DNA from: a virus
DNA: 64,000 bases
Direction: 5' to 3' (one strand)
IMG/VR virus record: IMGVR_UViG_3300020215_000052
Span: 753 to 64,752 of that record
Shown: positions 47,751-58,022 of the stretch, in pieces
Layout: the number at the start of each line of letters is the position of its first letter
How positions within the stretch are numbered: position 1 is the first letter of the stretch
Position numbers and translations under genes: made by a program
Notes under the pieces: generated by a model
What the model was told of the DNA's origin: nothing
Database searches by the model: none
What the model saw: the letters and a program-made list of their open reading frames with translations, nothing else

Positions 47751-49703
47751 TCACGTGAGTGCGAGGACCGCCCGGCCCCCGCCATCTGCCGAAAGCTCGA
47801 CCTCCTCGACCCGCCAGCGGCTCGCCTCCCTGACGACGGTCTCGTCGTCCAACTGGAGCAGCATGCCGGCCCGGAGCCACCTACCCGCCTGCGTGAGGGT
47901 CACCCCCAGGGTGACCCGCGGCCGACTGTGCTCCCAGAGCCAGGCATTCGCTGCCTTCTGGACCGTCGCCAATTCCCCTATTGAATCGGTCTTGAAGACG
48001 TGATGGCGGATGGTGCGCTGTGCGCGCTCTCCGAGCCAGCGTATCTGACTCGCATCGGCGAGTGCGTGGATCCCGATCACCGCCGAAGGGGTGACGGGAG
48101 CGCCAGTCCTCGTGAGCGCTCCCGTCGCAGTGAAGGGACGGTCGTACCGCTCGGAGCGGATATTCCACCGAAATGAAGTTCGGAACTCGTTCCGCACATC
48201 GGTGGGGTCCACCTCCGGACCCCAGTCGTGCCAAACTCCTTCGGACCCGTCCAGCGAAACCGTGCAGACCGGCTCGTCTTCCAGGAGGGGGCCGCGCCAA
48301 TAGAACCTGAGTCGCGAGCCCTCCAGATATGGGCGAATGGGCACCCAGGGGAGAATGTGACCCGCGATCCAATCCAGCGGAGGGGTGTCCTCCCGGAGGA
48401 CGGTCGTCACGTACCAGCCCGAGGTCCTCTCGGTGAGGTTCCGGAGATCCCCCCAGGCAACCCTGTACGGGAGACGGGACCGGGCAAGGCCCCACAGCAC
48501 AACCTCCGCCGGGTTCCCGAGGGCGCCCCCGAGGGGACCAACGATACCAGACCCAATCGAGATGTAGGCCGCGTCTAGCACCAACTTGGGTCCTCTGATA
48601 AGGAGGCCCGTCTGGTTGGTTTCGGTGCGCCGGTAGGTCGAGGCGAGTACAACGGACCCGCCGTTCGTCAGAGAGATGACCCTCTTGTAGTCGTAGTCGA
48701 AATTGTTAGGATTCGAGATCCGAACGTAAGAATCGATGTGAACCGCATCGATTCTGTCACCCGTGAAAGTGGTGCTGCCTGCGGTTGTGTCGCAGGTGCC
48801 GGCAGCGAGGTTCTCGACGAAGGCCGAGCCCTCGAAGAACGTGTACGTGTCCCCGAGGTCGTCCGTGCCCACCTCCAAGAGGGCGAAGTAGGTGCTGGCG
48901 TTGAAGATCTGGTCCCGTCGGTCCACGATTTCAAGCCATGCTGTCCGCAGACCGGACAGCGAATTGAGCGGCTCGTAGGTGACGAGCCATTTCCAGTGGG
49001 TCAGCTCGGTCAGGGTGCTGTGGTTCGCGTCCACAGCATCTCCAATCACCTGGCATGGGTAGAGAAGGGTCGTCGCCCAGGATGTGCCGCCAGGTATGGA
49101 CGGCACGATCGGGATCGACGGCAGCATCCCGTTCGCCTGATGGGCCCTCCCTCGGCCCCCATTGGCCGTAGATGCCGTACCGATATCGGCGTGGCGGAGG
49201 GAAGAAAGCGCCGCGCCAGGAGGCCAGAAAGAACCGGTGTCCTCGACAGGGTAGCCGCTCACCTCCACCTCTACCGGTTCCGATAGGGTCCGCACCTTGA
49301 GCCGGGCCGGCCCCTCCACGAGCTTCCTCCTCGCCTCCCAGGCGGTCGCGATGCTCCGGCCGTCCGGGGCCTCTTCCACCTCCGACACCTCGGCGTAGGC
49401 CTCCTCCAGGCGCCAGTCCACGGTGTCCACCAGGGTCGCGGCCGAGAGATCCAACGTGAAGGCGACAGACGGCGGGGTGAGGTCGAGGCCCATGCGCACG
49501 GACCCCATGGTGAGGACGATTGGGTCGAAGGTCGCATAGTCCTCGCCCCAGGGCAGGGTGAGCGTGACTGAGGGATCGAGGAGTCCCTGTCCAGAGAGGG
49601 AGCCCGTCGCGGCCCTGACGATGACATGCGCCTCAGCATCCACCCTGGTGTAGAGGGTGATGATCCAGTGGACGCGGCGGCCCTCGGCCCCCCGGCGGGT
49701 CAT
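47751..49703 (-). CDS. putative tail/baseplate hub-like protein
   Basis: ~650 aa; C-terminal ...LQLDDETVVREASRWRVEEVEL resembles tail-protein OB-type ends. Confidence 0.55.
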   Translation of the reverse strand: MTRRGAEGRRVHWIITLYTRVDAEAHVIVRAATGSLSGQGLLDPSVTLTLPWGEDYATFDPIVLTMGSVRMGLDLTPPSVAFTLDLSAATLVDTVDWRLEEAYAEVSEVEEAPDGRSIATAWEARRKLVEGPARLKVRTLSEPVEVEVSGYPVEDTGSFWPPGAALSSLRHADIGTASTANGGRGRAHQANGMLPSIPIVPSIPGGTSWATTLLYPCQVIGDAVDANHSTLTELTHWKWLVTYEPLNSLSGLRTAWLEIVDRRDQIFNASTYFALLEVGTDDLGDTYTFFEGSAFVENLAAGTCDTTAGSTTFTGDRIDAVHIDSYVRISNPNNFDYDYKRVISLTNGGSVVLASTYRRTETNQTGLLIRGPKLVLDAAYISIGSGIVGPLGGALGNPAEVVLWGLARSRLPYRVAWGDLRNLTERTSGWYVTTVLREDTPPLDWIAGHILPWVPIRPYLEGSRLRFYWRGPLLEDEPVCTVSLDGSEGVWHDWGPEVDPTDVRNEFRTSFRWNIRSERYDRPFTATGALTRTGAPVTPSAVIGIHALADASQIRWLGERAQRTIRHHVFKTDSIGELATVQKAANAWLWEHSRPRVTLGVTLTQAGRWLRAGMLLQLDDETVVREASRWRVEEVELSADGGGRAVLALT

Positions 49704-52700
49704 CAGCTGATCTCCACGTGCGCGATCTCCGTGTCCTGGACGTGGCCGGCGCCCAGGCCCCTGAACTGGCCCTTTTGCCCCGTGATCGTGGCCCCCTTGG
49801 CGAGGAGCCCGTAGATCCACCGCTCAGGGAGGAGCCCCCCGGTCATCGTGTAGGCCGCGCTGCTCGGGTCCTGGGTCATGTCCGCCTGTGGCACCAGGGT
49901 CAGGGGGAAAACGGTGCCGACCTGGCGGCCGAGGGAGAGGAAGAGGCCGGGTATCCCCTCCAGAGTGGCCCGGATGGTCGAGCTCGGCCCCGTTGTCGGC
50001 ACGGAGCCGGCCGGAGAGGTCTTGAACCGCTCCCCGTGGACGAGTACCTGAGGATGGGGCCAGCGGGTCACGCGGATGGGAGGGGCGTCCCGGTTCGCGA
50101 CGACGTACCCGCCCCGCCCCCGCTCCACCCGCTCGAGTACCTGCTGCTCGACGCTCCACCCCTCCCAGTACTGAAGCGGGACCATCAGCGCCTCGCCAAG
50201 AAGGAGTTGTCCCACCGAGAGGAACGTCTCGTAGGGGTTGCCGGTCAGGACCACACGGTCGTAGCGCTGAGTGCTCGCGGACTGGGCCGCGATCGTGAGG
50301 CCAGAGGGCCAGAAGATGCGCACCTGGGCGGCTCCGGAACTCGCCGAGGTCGCGAAGGTGGCCCAGTCGCCGGAGAGCGGGGTCGCCTCACACTCGAACC
50401 AGAGCTGTTTGTGGGAGGAGCCGGTGTTCTGCTGGCCCTCCACGTTGCCCGTCATGCGGGCCGCAAGGATATCCCCGCCCCCCAGGGCAGTCAGCTCCAG
50501 GATAGCGCCCTCGCAGGAGTTCCGCTCCAGGAGCCTCCGCAGCGTGGCCCCCGTCGGCTGCACCCAGACGCCGTCCCGGCTCCAGGCCGTGTCGTAGACC
50601 TCGCGGAAGTCGCAGGTCCCGACCGTGCTGTAGGCCGCTCCCGTCCAGCGCTGGTAGGCAATCGTCGCCAGGTTGCAGCGGAGAGCCCCTACGCCGATCA
50701 GTTCGCCCAATCGGAACGTGCTGTCCGTCCCGTGGTCGAACGTGAGGGTGACTACCCCGGAGGCTCCTTCGGTTCCGCTCCGATAGTCCTGGCGGGGTGA
50801 GTAAGCCAGCGTGCCCGGGAGGATTCGGTCCACGGGCTTGCGACCCCGCGTCCAGATCGACCAGGTGTCGCCCACCGTCGTGGGTCCGCCCAGGGCGCGG
50901 ACCCGGATCAATTCCACGGTCGGCGCAGGGACCAGCGTCCAGGGGTGGCCCCGGAGGTCCGGGGATGGCTTGCCGGTGCCCCCGGAGGCCAGCCCGTCGT
51001 AGAGCCCCTCGTCGTAGCCGTAGGGCCAGACGAGCCTCCACTGGGATGTAGCGGTCCCGCCGCTCGCGATGTGCCCCCACCGAATCAGGTTGTCGGTAGA
51101 CGCGTTCGCCGTGAGCGACTGATCCACGGCGATCTCCACCCACTTCCTGGAGCCGTAGAGCCGATACCAGGCCGACCCCTCGGCGGTCCCAGCGCTCACG
51201 GCGACCTTCCACTCAATGGATGCCGCAGTGAGCGCGGTGCTCGGCGTGACGGTGGCCAGAGTGGTCCCCGCCCAGGTGTCCAGCATGCGAATCTGCGTGC
51301 CGCTGAACCGCAGCGTGACGCCGTAGCTGTTCGCCGACCCGTCGTACCGGTACAGGCGAACCGCGATATCGTCAGCAGCGATCGTGCCGCCGCTGACTAC
51401 CTTCACGATCCCGTGCGCTTTGGCCGTCGTCCCGGCTATTGCGCGCTCGTGATAGCGCTCGTTGGCCGTGGTCACGATCTCGTCGCAGAGCTGGTTCAGT
51501 GCGTCCAGCTTCAGCGTGTCCGTACCAGCCCCGGTCGTCGTGTAGCCCCGGTTGGCCGGCGTGTCGTAGGGGAGATAGGGTAGTGGGTACCCTCCCCCCA
51601 GCAGATTGTCCTCGTCGGTGACGGAGCTCCATCCCCCGAAGATCAGGACGTGAGCGCTGTTCTCCCAGTCGTTGCTCACGGTGTCGAGGTTCCCCGTGAG
51701 GTACGCCTTCCCCTGCTGGTAGCAGACGCTGTGGGGCTTCAGGGCGCTGGTCAGCGTCGCCCCGCCGTCCCCCGTGTCGTCCAGGACCGGCCGCCCAGTG
51801 GACTGGTACACGGCCCGGCTCGTCTCCCGCCAGACGATCAGCTTGTCCGGGTCAGCGTTGTTCCTGCCCCAGACCTCGATCTTGCCGTCGGGGCATACCC
51901 CGGCGCACAGGTAGCTTCGGTGCGTGCCGGCGGTCACCGTGAGGGAGACTTCGGTGAACGTGGCGGCAAGCGCATTCTTCTCCAGGAGGACGAGCTTCGG
52001 CGTTGCGGCACTGGAGGTGGTGAAGAGGCAGATCCGGTCGTTCACTCGGATCAGATCGAATGCCTCCATCCCGGTGTAGGTGGATAGTGTCTCGGCCAGG
52101 GTCCAGGACCGCCCGTCGTCGTAGGAGACGTAGTGCTTGATTGTGTGAGTGCCCGTGGCGTTGTGGTGGATTCCAAGAGTCCAGTTCCCTGAAGCCTCGT
52201 CGTACACAGCACGCAGGTTGTCGTAGATATTGCTGGCCCCGGCAGTGGTCAACTCGATTAGCTGTCGTCCTATCCGCGTCCAGGTAGCGCCCCCATCGCG
52301 GGACTCGTCCATGCGGAGCCAGGCGGATGTTGTGGACGCAGGAAAGTGATTCTCAAGTGAGAACACCCGCAGGATCGGGGCTCCGGCGCCATTTGGGACC
52401 TTGGCGAGGCAAGGGGACGGGTGACGGTTGGAGCTGAAGCCGGTGCTCGTGCTCCAAACATCGATGTAGCCCCCCCACGTTCCCTTAGCCGTCTTGGTAT
52501 CGGCCGACCGGATGTTGACGACCACGCCATCGGTCCCGGCCCAACGCTCCGTGACCTTGACGATCGTGCCGTCGGGCAGGGCCATCATGTGGGGCAGCCG
52601 GTGGCCATCAGACGTGCTGGTCGGGGCGTTGCTCACCTCGCAGTCGGTGAGCACCGACATCCCGTCCTGGCCGTACCAGGTGATACCGCCGTCGTCGGAG

Positions 52701-52987
52701 TAGCACCAGGACGCGCCGCCGTTGGGGTAGCCGCCCACCTGGGTGCGGACGGTCAGCGAAGCCGACGCAGACGGGGCCCCCGTGGCCTCCACCCGGAGGG
52801 AGTCGTCCCCCGAGCTACGGTCGGAGCTGTTGTTGGTTCCGGCCTCGGGGATATCCACCCGGAGGTCGGCCTCCGTGTAGTCGGACGCCGTGTTCCCCGC
52901 TCCCTGGGTGGTCACGAGGGTCGCGATCGTGTGCCGTCGGCTCTGGGGGATCATGAAGGCAGGTGCGGCAGCGGTCGAGTGTCCCAC
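49703..52987 (-). CDS. large virion protein with Asp-box (BNR/sialidase-like propeller) repeats
   Basis: YSDDGGITW, ESRDGGATW, SYDDGRSW. Confidence 0.6.
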   Translation of the reverse strand: MGHSTAAAPAFMIPQSRRHTIATLVTTQGAGNTASDYTEADLRVDIPEAGTNNSSDRSSGDDSLRVEATGAPSASASLTVRTQVGGYPNGGASWCYSDDGGITWYGQDGMSVLTDCEVSNAPTSTSDGHRLPHMMALPDGTIVKVTERWAGTDGVVVNIRSADTKTAKGTWGGYIDVWSTSTGFSSNRHPSPCLAKVPNGAGAPILRVFSLENHFPASTTSAWLRMDESRDGGATWTRIGRQLIELTTAGASNIYDNLRAVYDEASGNWTLGIHHNATGTHTIKHYVSYDDGRSWTLAETLSTYTGMEAFDLIRVNDRICLFTTSSAATPKLVLLEKNALAATFTEVSLTVTAGTHRSYLCAGVCPDGKIEVWGRNNADPDKLIVWRETSRAVYQSTGRPVLDDTGDGGATLTSALKPHSVCYQQGKAYLTGNLDTVSNDWENSAHVLIFGGWSSVTDEDNLLGGGYPLPYLPYDTPANRGYTTTGAGTDTLKLDALNQLCDEIVTTANERYHERAIAGTTAKAHGIVKVVSGGTIAADDIAVRLYRYDGSANSYGVTLRFSGTQIRMLDTWAGTTLATVTPSTALTAASIEWKVAVSAGTAEGSAWYRLYGSRKWVEIAVDQSLTANASTDNLIRWGHIASGGTATSQWRLVWPYGYDEGLYDGLASGGTGKPSPDLRGHPWTLVPAPTVELIRVRALGGPTTVGDTWSIWTRGRKPVDRILPGTLAYSPRQDYRSGTEGASGVVTLTFDHGTDSTFRLGELIGVGALRCNLATIAYQRWTGAAYSTVGTCDFREVYDTAWSRDGVWVQPTGATLRRLLERNSCEGAILELTALGGGDILAARMTGNVEGQQNTGSSHKQLWFECEATPLSGDWATFATSASSGAAQVRIFWPSGLTIAAQSASTQRYDRVVLTGNPYETFLSVGQLLLGEALMVPLQYWEGWSVEQQVLERVERGRGGYVVANRDAPPIRVTRWPHPQVLVHGERFKTSPAGSVPTTGPSSTIRATLEGIPGLFLSLGRQVGTVFPLTLVPQADMTQDPSSAAYTMTGGLLPERWIYGLLAKGATITGQKGQFRGLGAGHVQDTEIAHVEIS

Positions 52988-53187
52988 GGGAAGCTCCTAT
53001 CCAGGGCAGAACCAACGGGATTAAGCCTAGCAGAAATCGAGTCGTTCGTCATCCGTGCGCTTACGGAAGCCGGACAGCTCGGGTCTGCAGGGGGTTGCAC
53101 CCACAGATTGCCCCGCCCCCTTGACACCGCATCCTCCTGGTGGTAAGCCCCCAACCGATGCGGCTAGTTGCCTTCAGGAGGTGGTTC

Positions 53188-53895
53188 ATGAACGGTCGGA
53201 TTGTGCTCCTTGCCTCGTTCCTTGTAGCTTCGGCCTGCTCGGTGCTAGGCAATGACAACGAACCTGCGCAGCGAGACGCAGACGGAGACGGCTACGAGGA
53301 AGGTGTAGACTGTGACGACGGGGACCCGCTGGCCTGGACTGAGGACGAGGCCGAGGTCTGCGACCTCGGGGACAACGACTGCGACGGGGCGACGGACGAG
53401 GGGTTCGAGACTCAGGGCTACTTCCCCGACGCGGACGGTGACGGCTACGTCACCGGGTTCGACGAGTCGGTGACGATCACAGCCTGTATGGAGCCGGAGG
53501 GCTACAGTCCGTGGGTGTCTCCGATTCCCCAGGGACTCATCACCGACTGCGACGACTCCGAGGCGAGCGTGTACCCGGGGGCAGCGGAGGCCTGCAACCA
53601 CAGGGACGACGACTGCGACGGGGCGACGGACGAGGGGGCCCCGACGTTGCTCTATTGCGCTGACTATAACGGCGATGGGCAGGTATGCAGTCCCTGTCTG
53701 GCGGTGTGCTCACAAGCTGAGCTGCCAAGCGATTGTTCCGATAGCTCCTCTTGGGAGTGTCAGGGACTTCTATCGCAGTGCTTCACCTGGGTCCCGATCG
53801 ACGGACAGCCGGATGAGAACTGTTGCGATGCAGACACCGACTGTGACGGAAGCTCGGACAGCATTGAAAACCAGTGCAAGGTATCGGAGGGCTGA
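53188..53895 (+). CDS. lipoprotein with acidic 'putative metal-binding' (MopE-like) Cys/Asp repeats
   Basis: lipobox ASAC; DADGDGY..DCDD...E.CD..DNDCDGATDE repeated; TTGACA-N17-TAAGCC upstream at ~53120. Confidence 0.8.
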   Translation: MNGRIVLLASFLVASACSVLGNDNEPAQRDADGDGYEEGVDCDDGDPLAWTEDEAEVCDLGDNDCDGATDEGFETQGYFPDADGDGYVTGFDESVTITACMEPEGYSPWVSPIPQGLITDCDDSEASVYPGAAEACNHRDDDCDGATDEGAPTLLYCADYNGDGQVCSPCLAVCSQAELPSDCSDSSSWECQGLLSQCFTWVPIDGQPDENCCDADTDCDGSSDSIENQCKVSEG

Positions 53896-54587
53896 TGAGA
53901 CGTATGCCTGTGGCACTCTTCCTGGTCATCATCTCATCGGTTGCCACCCTTCAGCTACTTGCTTCCCAGCCTCCCAAGCCCCCGGCCTTGGAGGTAGCGC
54001 CCTCAAACCCGACGCCCTCCGTTGTCGCCAAGGAAGACCCCTGCGTCAAGCCCTCGTTGGCCGTGGACGGCGGCATATTGGTTGGTGCCCTGCTCAACGT
54101 CTGCGACGCTGACGTCATCCTGGACCTTGACAAGTCCTATCTGGTAGATCGGCACTCGGTCACGTACCAACTCAGGCAGGGCAGCACCCTGAGGATGAAC
54201 CTGCTTGCGCCCTCTGCGCCTATCGTCGTGCCGGGCGGTGCGGCTACACTCGTATCGCTGGTCATCGTGTCAGGGGAGCCTCGGTCCCTTGACGCAAGTC
54301 TCATCCCTGCCCGAGTGAAGCTCCAGTTTCAGGAACGACCACCGGTTGACATCTCGATACTCGTAGACGATGCGGCCCAAGCGGCATTCGATGCCGAAGT
54401 GGCCAGAGTCAAGGCTGCGAACGAACAGGCCATGGCTGACCACCGGCTGGCATTGGCTGAGCATGAGAGGCGGGTGGCCCAACAGAAAGAGGCCGACACG
54501 AAGCTGGTTAAGAAGTTCCTCCTGGCTGTCGGCGTCGGCTGCCTGAGTCTCCTGCTCCTGGGGGGCCTGATTGATATGGCCGGGTGA
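53895..54587 (+). CDS. membrane protein (signal anchor plus C-terminal TM helix)
   Basis: hydrophobic termini; coupled to the lipoprotein gene. Confidence 0.65.
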   Translation: MRRMPVALFLVIISSVATLQLLASQPPKPPALEVAPSNPTPSVVAKEDPCVKPSLAVDGGILVGALLNVCDADVILDLDKSYLVDRHSVTYQLRQGSTLRMNLLAPSAPIVVPGGAATLVSLVIVSGEPRSLDASLIPARVKLQFQERPPVDISILVDDAAQAAFDAEVARVKAANEQAMADHRLALAEHERRVAQQKEADTKLVKKFLLAVGVGCLSLLLLGGLIDMAG

Positions 54588-54593
54588 GCCGAC

Positions 54594-55052
54594 CTACCCA
54601 TCACGCCACGCTTCGGGCGCCAACCAAGCCCGCATCAGCAATAGGTCCAGCCTGAGACGATCCTGGGGGTCCACGGGGTTGCCTCCCGGCCCATCCAGAC
54701 GCTCCAAGATGAAGGTTGCCTCTACCCGGTCGAATGGCCCAGCGGGCTGAAGCCTCTCAATGAGGCAAAGCGCATCCGCCTCAGCCCGGCTCAGCAGGTG
54801 GCGAGACTCTGGAGACACCCCGCTGATGCGCCGAACGTCCCGCCGATCTGAGACGAGTTGGAGCGCCCTCCCGCTGACCTCAAAGGGCTGGGGCCAGTTC
54901 ACCGCTCGGTATGTGGCATCCGGAACAATACTCGGCCGCATCTGCACCCCCAAGTGTCCGTCCCTCCGGAACGTTGCCAGAAGCCTACCGGATTGGACCG
55001 CTGACCGCAAGGGACCCGAGTTGCGCTTGATGAACCACTGGATGGCCCCCAC
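54594..55052 (-). CDS. hypothetical protein
   Basis: ORF. Confidence 0.5.
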   Translation of the reverse strand: MGAIQWFIKRNSGPLRSAVQSGRLLATFRRDGHLGVQMRPSIVPDATYRAVNWPQPFEVSGRALQLVSDRRDVRRISGVSPESRHLLSRAEADALCLIERLQPAGPFDRVEATFILERLDGPGGNPVDPQDRLRLDLLLMRAWLAPEAWRDG

Positions 55053-55196
55053 GCCAGGAGCCCCCCTGGCTGTCCGCCCCCACTGTCACCGCATGTCCGA
55101 TCCTCCTCTCAGAGTATCCATGACCCCGGGAAAGCATCCAGTAGACCGCCGATGTTCGGACATCCCCGTGTCCAACCGGGTCGAAGCGCTGGCCCC

Positions 55197-55225
55197 TTGC
55201 CATGGGATTGCGCCTGCGCTATAGT
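55197..55225 (+). promoter_or_regulatory. sigma70 promoter TTGCCA-N17-TATAGT
   Basis: directly upstream of the XRE gene RBS. Confidence 0.6.
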
Positions 55226-55242
55226 CAGGAAGGGAGGTAGGT

Positions 55243-55482
55243 ATGCAACGGCCCATCGCAGAGCAGATACGGCTTCGCAGGGAAGATCTGGGCCTCACCC
55301 AAGCCGAGGCCGGCCGGCGCGCTGGTGTCGCCCAGAGCTGGTGGGCCCAGTGGGAGGGCGCCGAGCCAGCAAAGGGCGCCCGCACGCCCAGCGCCGAGCG
55401 CATGCCAGCGATCGCGGAAGCCCTGCGAGCGCGGTGGGTGAGCTCGGCCGAGGGGTGGTCCCTGGAGCCCCTTGAAAAATAA
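55243..55482 (+). CDS. XRE-family HTH regulator
   Basis: IRLRREDLGLTQAEAGRRAGVAQSWWAQWE. Confidence 0.85.
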   Translation: MQRPIAEQIRLRREDLGLTQAEAGRRAGVAQSWWAQWEGAEPAKGARTPSAERMPAIAEALRARWVSSAEGWSLEPLEK

Positions 55483-55503
55483 TTACGCACACGTTATTTG
55501 CCC

Positions 55504-55532
55504 TTGACTATATAGCGCTGGCGCTATATATT
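55504..55532 (+). promoter_or_regulatory. sigma70 promoter TTGACT-N17-TATATT overlapped by palindromic operator TATATAGCGC-tg-GCGCTATATA
   Basis: perfect 10-bp inverted repeat at 55509-55530. Confidence 0.75.
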
Positions 55533-55581
55533 ACTCTCATAAGGCTGGCGATGGACGCCAGCCACCCAATCGGAGCAGCAA

Positions 55582-55812
55582 ATGACCTACTTCCTCAACT
55601 ACCACCAGGCAAGCAAAACGTTGACCCTTTCGAAGGTCAACGCCGGAGACGGCACCCTGGTGCGCGGTGACAACATCCGGGAAGCCTACAGTCGCATGGT
55701 GGAGATCGCCGCGATGCAGGACTTGGCGGCCAACGTCGGTGACGACGTACTCGAGGAGGCGGTGGCGGCCGGCCTCATCGAGCCCGAAGCCCCGCACGTA
55801 GCCCAGAGGTAG
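55582..55812 (+). CDS. hypothetical protein
   Basis: GGAG RBS after promoter and hairpin. Confidence 0.65.
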   Translation: MTYFLNYHQASKTLTLSKVNAGDGTLVRGDNIREAYSRMVEIAAMQDLAANVGDDVLEEAVAAGLIEPEAPHVAQR

Positions 55813-55984
55813 TAGCATGCCGAACCAAGCTACTGCAGATCGCAGGGCCCGCCGTAGGAGGCAGACCCTCAGGCGGCGGAACCCGACGCTTGGCACCATT
55901 TTTCTGGGCTCGGGGGAAGAGATTCCCTCCGTGTAGCTGTCAGGATCCAGGGTCCTGCGGTGCAACCAGAGGATAGGGGCCGCC

Positions 55985-56554
55985 ATGCTGGCGGCTCCTG
56001 ATCTGGAGCACCGCATGGACTACACCGACCCTGCCACCTGGAGCCGCCTTGACGATCTCCTCCGCTCCCTCCCCCGCCTGGATCCGAGGCCTCCAGCCCT
56101 CCGAGAGATCGTGGGCCTCGCGGCCGGCCTTCTCAGCCCCGGCAGAGCCGCCGAGGTCCGGGCATGGACGATCACCGTCCCAGCCCTCAGGGCCGCCGTG
56201 GCGGCCCTGACCGAGCCCGCCCCCGAGGTCTGCCGGGCCGTGCTCGCGGCGCTTGGCCGAGACGCGCCGCCGCCCCTCTCGGAAGAGGAGGCCCAGGAGA
56301 TCCTCGTCGAGATTCGGGAGGAGGAACTGCTTGGGGAGGAGGCGATCGGGGCGCCGGCCCCCACCCTGGACGAGCTGCAGCGGTATGCCGCCCTTGACCT
56401 GGACCCGAGCCGGGTCGCCGAGGTCGAGCGGTGGATGGCCCTCGACCCTGGCCTGGCCCCGCTCGTGGACGCGATCCGGCACCCGGACGAGCACCTACGG
56501 GGAGTCGGGGTCCTGGTAATCGAGGTGGTCACCTGGCTGCGGGAAAGGTGTTGA
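55985..56554 (+). CDS. hypothetical helical protein
   Basis: ORF with RBS. Confidence 0.6.
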   Translation: MLAAPDLEHRMDYTDPATWSRLDDLLRSLPRLDPRPPALREIVGLAAGLLSPGRAAEVRAWTITVPALRAAVAALTEPAPEVCRAVLAALGRDAPPPLSEEEAQEILVEIREEELLGEEAIGAPAPTLDELQRYAALDLDPSRVAEVERWMALDPGLAPLVDAIRHPDEHLRGVGVLVIEVVTWLRERC

Positions 56555-56803
56555 CACCCCTCCCGGGTCTGTTGTAGCGTTGTCGTGCTCGGCCGAGCCG
56601 ACGCATCTCCCAAGGGCGCTAGAAGGGAGGTGGTCGCATTCCGTGCCTCTCAGCCCGGGGAGGCGCGGCCCCATTGAAGCAGCGTATAGGGCAGGATGCT
56701 GCCCTCGACCGAGCGCACGTCCCCGGCATCCCTCAAGGGTGCCGGGGCTTCGTGTTTCTGGACCCGCCCATCAGAAAATATATCTTGCCGTATATTTTTC
56801 CTC

Positions 56804-56832
56804 TTGACCAAATTCCCGCTACGATATATATT
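56804..56832 (+). promoter_or_regulatory. sigma70 promoter TTGACC-N17-TATATT with upstream inverted repeat AAAATATA...TATATTTT
   Basis: AT-rich island in GC-rich DNA. Confidence 0.7.
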
Positions 56833-56885
56833 ATATCCATGAACGCTGCGGTGGTCGCAGCGAGACCTGCCACATGGGGGAAAAC

Positions 56886-57623
56886 ATGCATCACAATTAC
56901 GAGGCGACTCTCACGCTCCGATGCTCTGCGGCGCCGGCCGGGCTGGCCAGCATTCTGGAGCCAACGCACGACGTGCGGTGGCTCTCCAAGACCACGGTTT
57001 GCGACCGGTTCACCCTGCGGGGGGTTCCGGCCAAACAGATCTACGTCCTCGCGGAGCAGGCGGTCGACCTTTCGGTGCAAGGTGACTTGTGTGTTGAGAT
57101 CGGGCGGAAGCTTGGTCGTTATGATAGAGAGGAGACGTCCGTCCTCACGATCCGCAGGTTCCGGGCAGGGATGCCAGCCCCCGGGGGGACGGCCACAATC
57201 CTTGCAACCGAGTCCGAGGTTCAGGTTGACCTCCAGGTGGTCGGCGGCGCATCCTGGCGGCGAGCTTTTCGCCGTCTCCGCTCCGACCTCAATGACTACA
57301 GCGCCGAGCGGCTGATCCTCTGGCACTTCTGGCGCTATTACACCCACCTCCTCCCCGAGTTGGAGGAGGTGCAGAAGTTCGCCGCAACCTGGACGATTCC
57401 TGGCGGCATGGGACTGGCTGAGGCCAACAGGTGCGCATCCCGGTGCCTGTACGACCTTAGCAGGGCACTGGGGTGGCGTAAGCTCACGCTGCGCGAGCGA
57501 GGGAAGCTCGGGTTCGATGAAGACGCTGCCCAGTGGCAGCGCATCTCCGAGTGCGAACGCCGGTACTCCGTTACCCTCTGCGGAGAGGCGACGACGTGCT
57601 CCTCCTACGGCATGGACGAGTGA
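56886..57623 (+). CDS. hypothetical protein
   Basis: ORF after promoter and hairpin. Confidence 0.65.
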   Translation: MHHNYEATLTLRCSAAPAGLASILEPTHDVRWLSKTTVCDRFTLRGVPAKQIYVLAEQAVDLSVQGDLCVEIGRKLGRYDREETSVLTIRRFRAGMPAPGGTATILATESEVQVDLQVVGGASWRRAFRRLRSDLNDYSAERLILWHFWRYYTHLLPELEEVQKFAATWTIPGGMGLAEANRCASRCLYDLSRALGWRKLTLRERGKLGFDEDAAQWQRISECERRYSVTLCGEATTCSSYGMDE

Positions 57624-57666
57624 CTCCCGGTGCGGCCTCCCTGGCCCACCGCAGAACGGGGGCCCC

Positions 57667-58020
57667 GTGAGCATCCCAGACCAGATTCGCTCCCGCCGCT
57701 TGGCCCTCGGGCTCACCCAGACCGAGGCAGCCGAGCGGGCCCGCACGTCCCAGAGTGCCTGGGCCCAGTACGAGAAAGGGGGTAAAACCCCAGACCTGGG
57801 GACCATGGAAAGAATCGCCTACGCCCTCGGGTCCAGGTGGGTACAGCGTGACGACGGTTGGGTCCTCGTGCCCGCCGAGGACCAGGCCCCCCTTTCTCCG
57901 TCTGAGTGGCGGCGGATTGTCGTGGAGGACGCTCTCCGAGGCGTCCCCTCCGCGATCGAGACGGGTCTTCGTCTCGGCTTTTTGCGCCGGGAGGGTGACC
58001 AGATAGTTCCGGTGGAGTAG
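57667..58020 (+). CDS. XRE-family HTH regulator (paralog of 55243)
   Basis: IRSRRLALGLTQTEAAERARTSQSAWAQYEKG. Confidence 0.85.
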   Translation: MSIPDQIRSRRLALGLTQTEAAERARTSQSAWAQYEKGGKTPDLGTMERIAYALGSRWVQRDDGWVLVPAEDQAPLSPSEWRRIVVEDALRGVPSAIETGLRLGFLRREGDQIVPVE

Positions 58021-58022
58021 AC

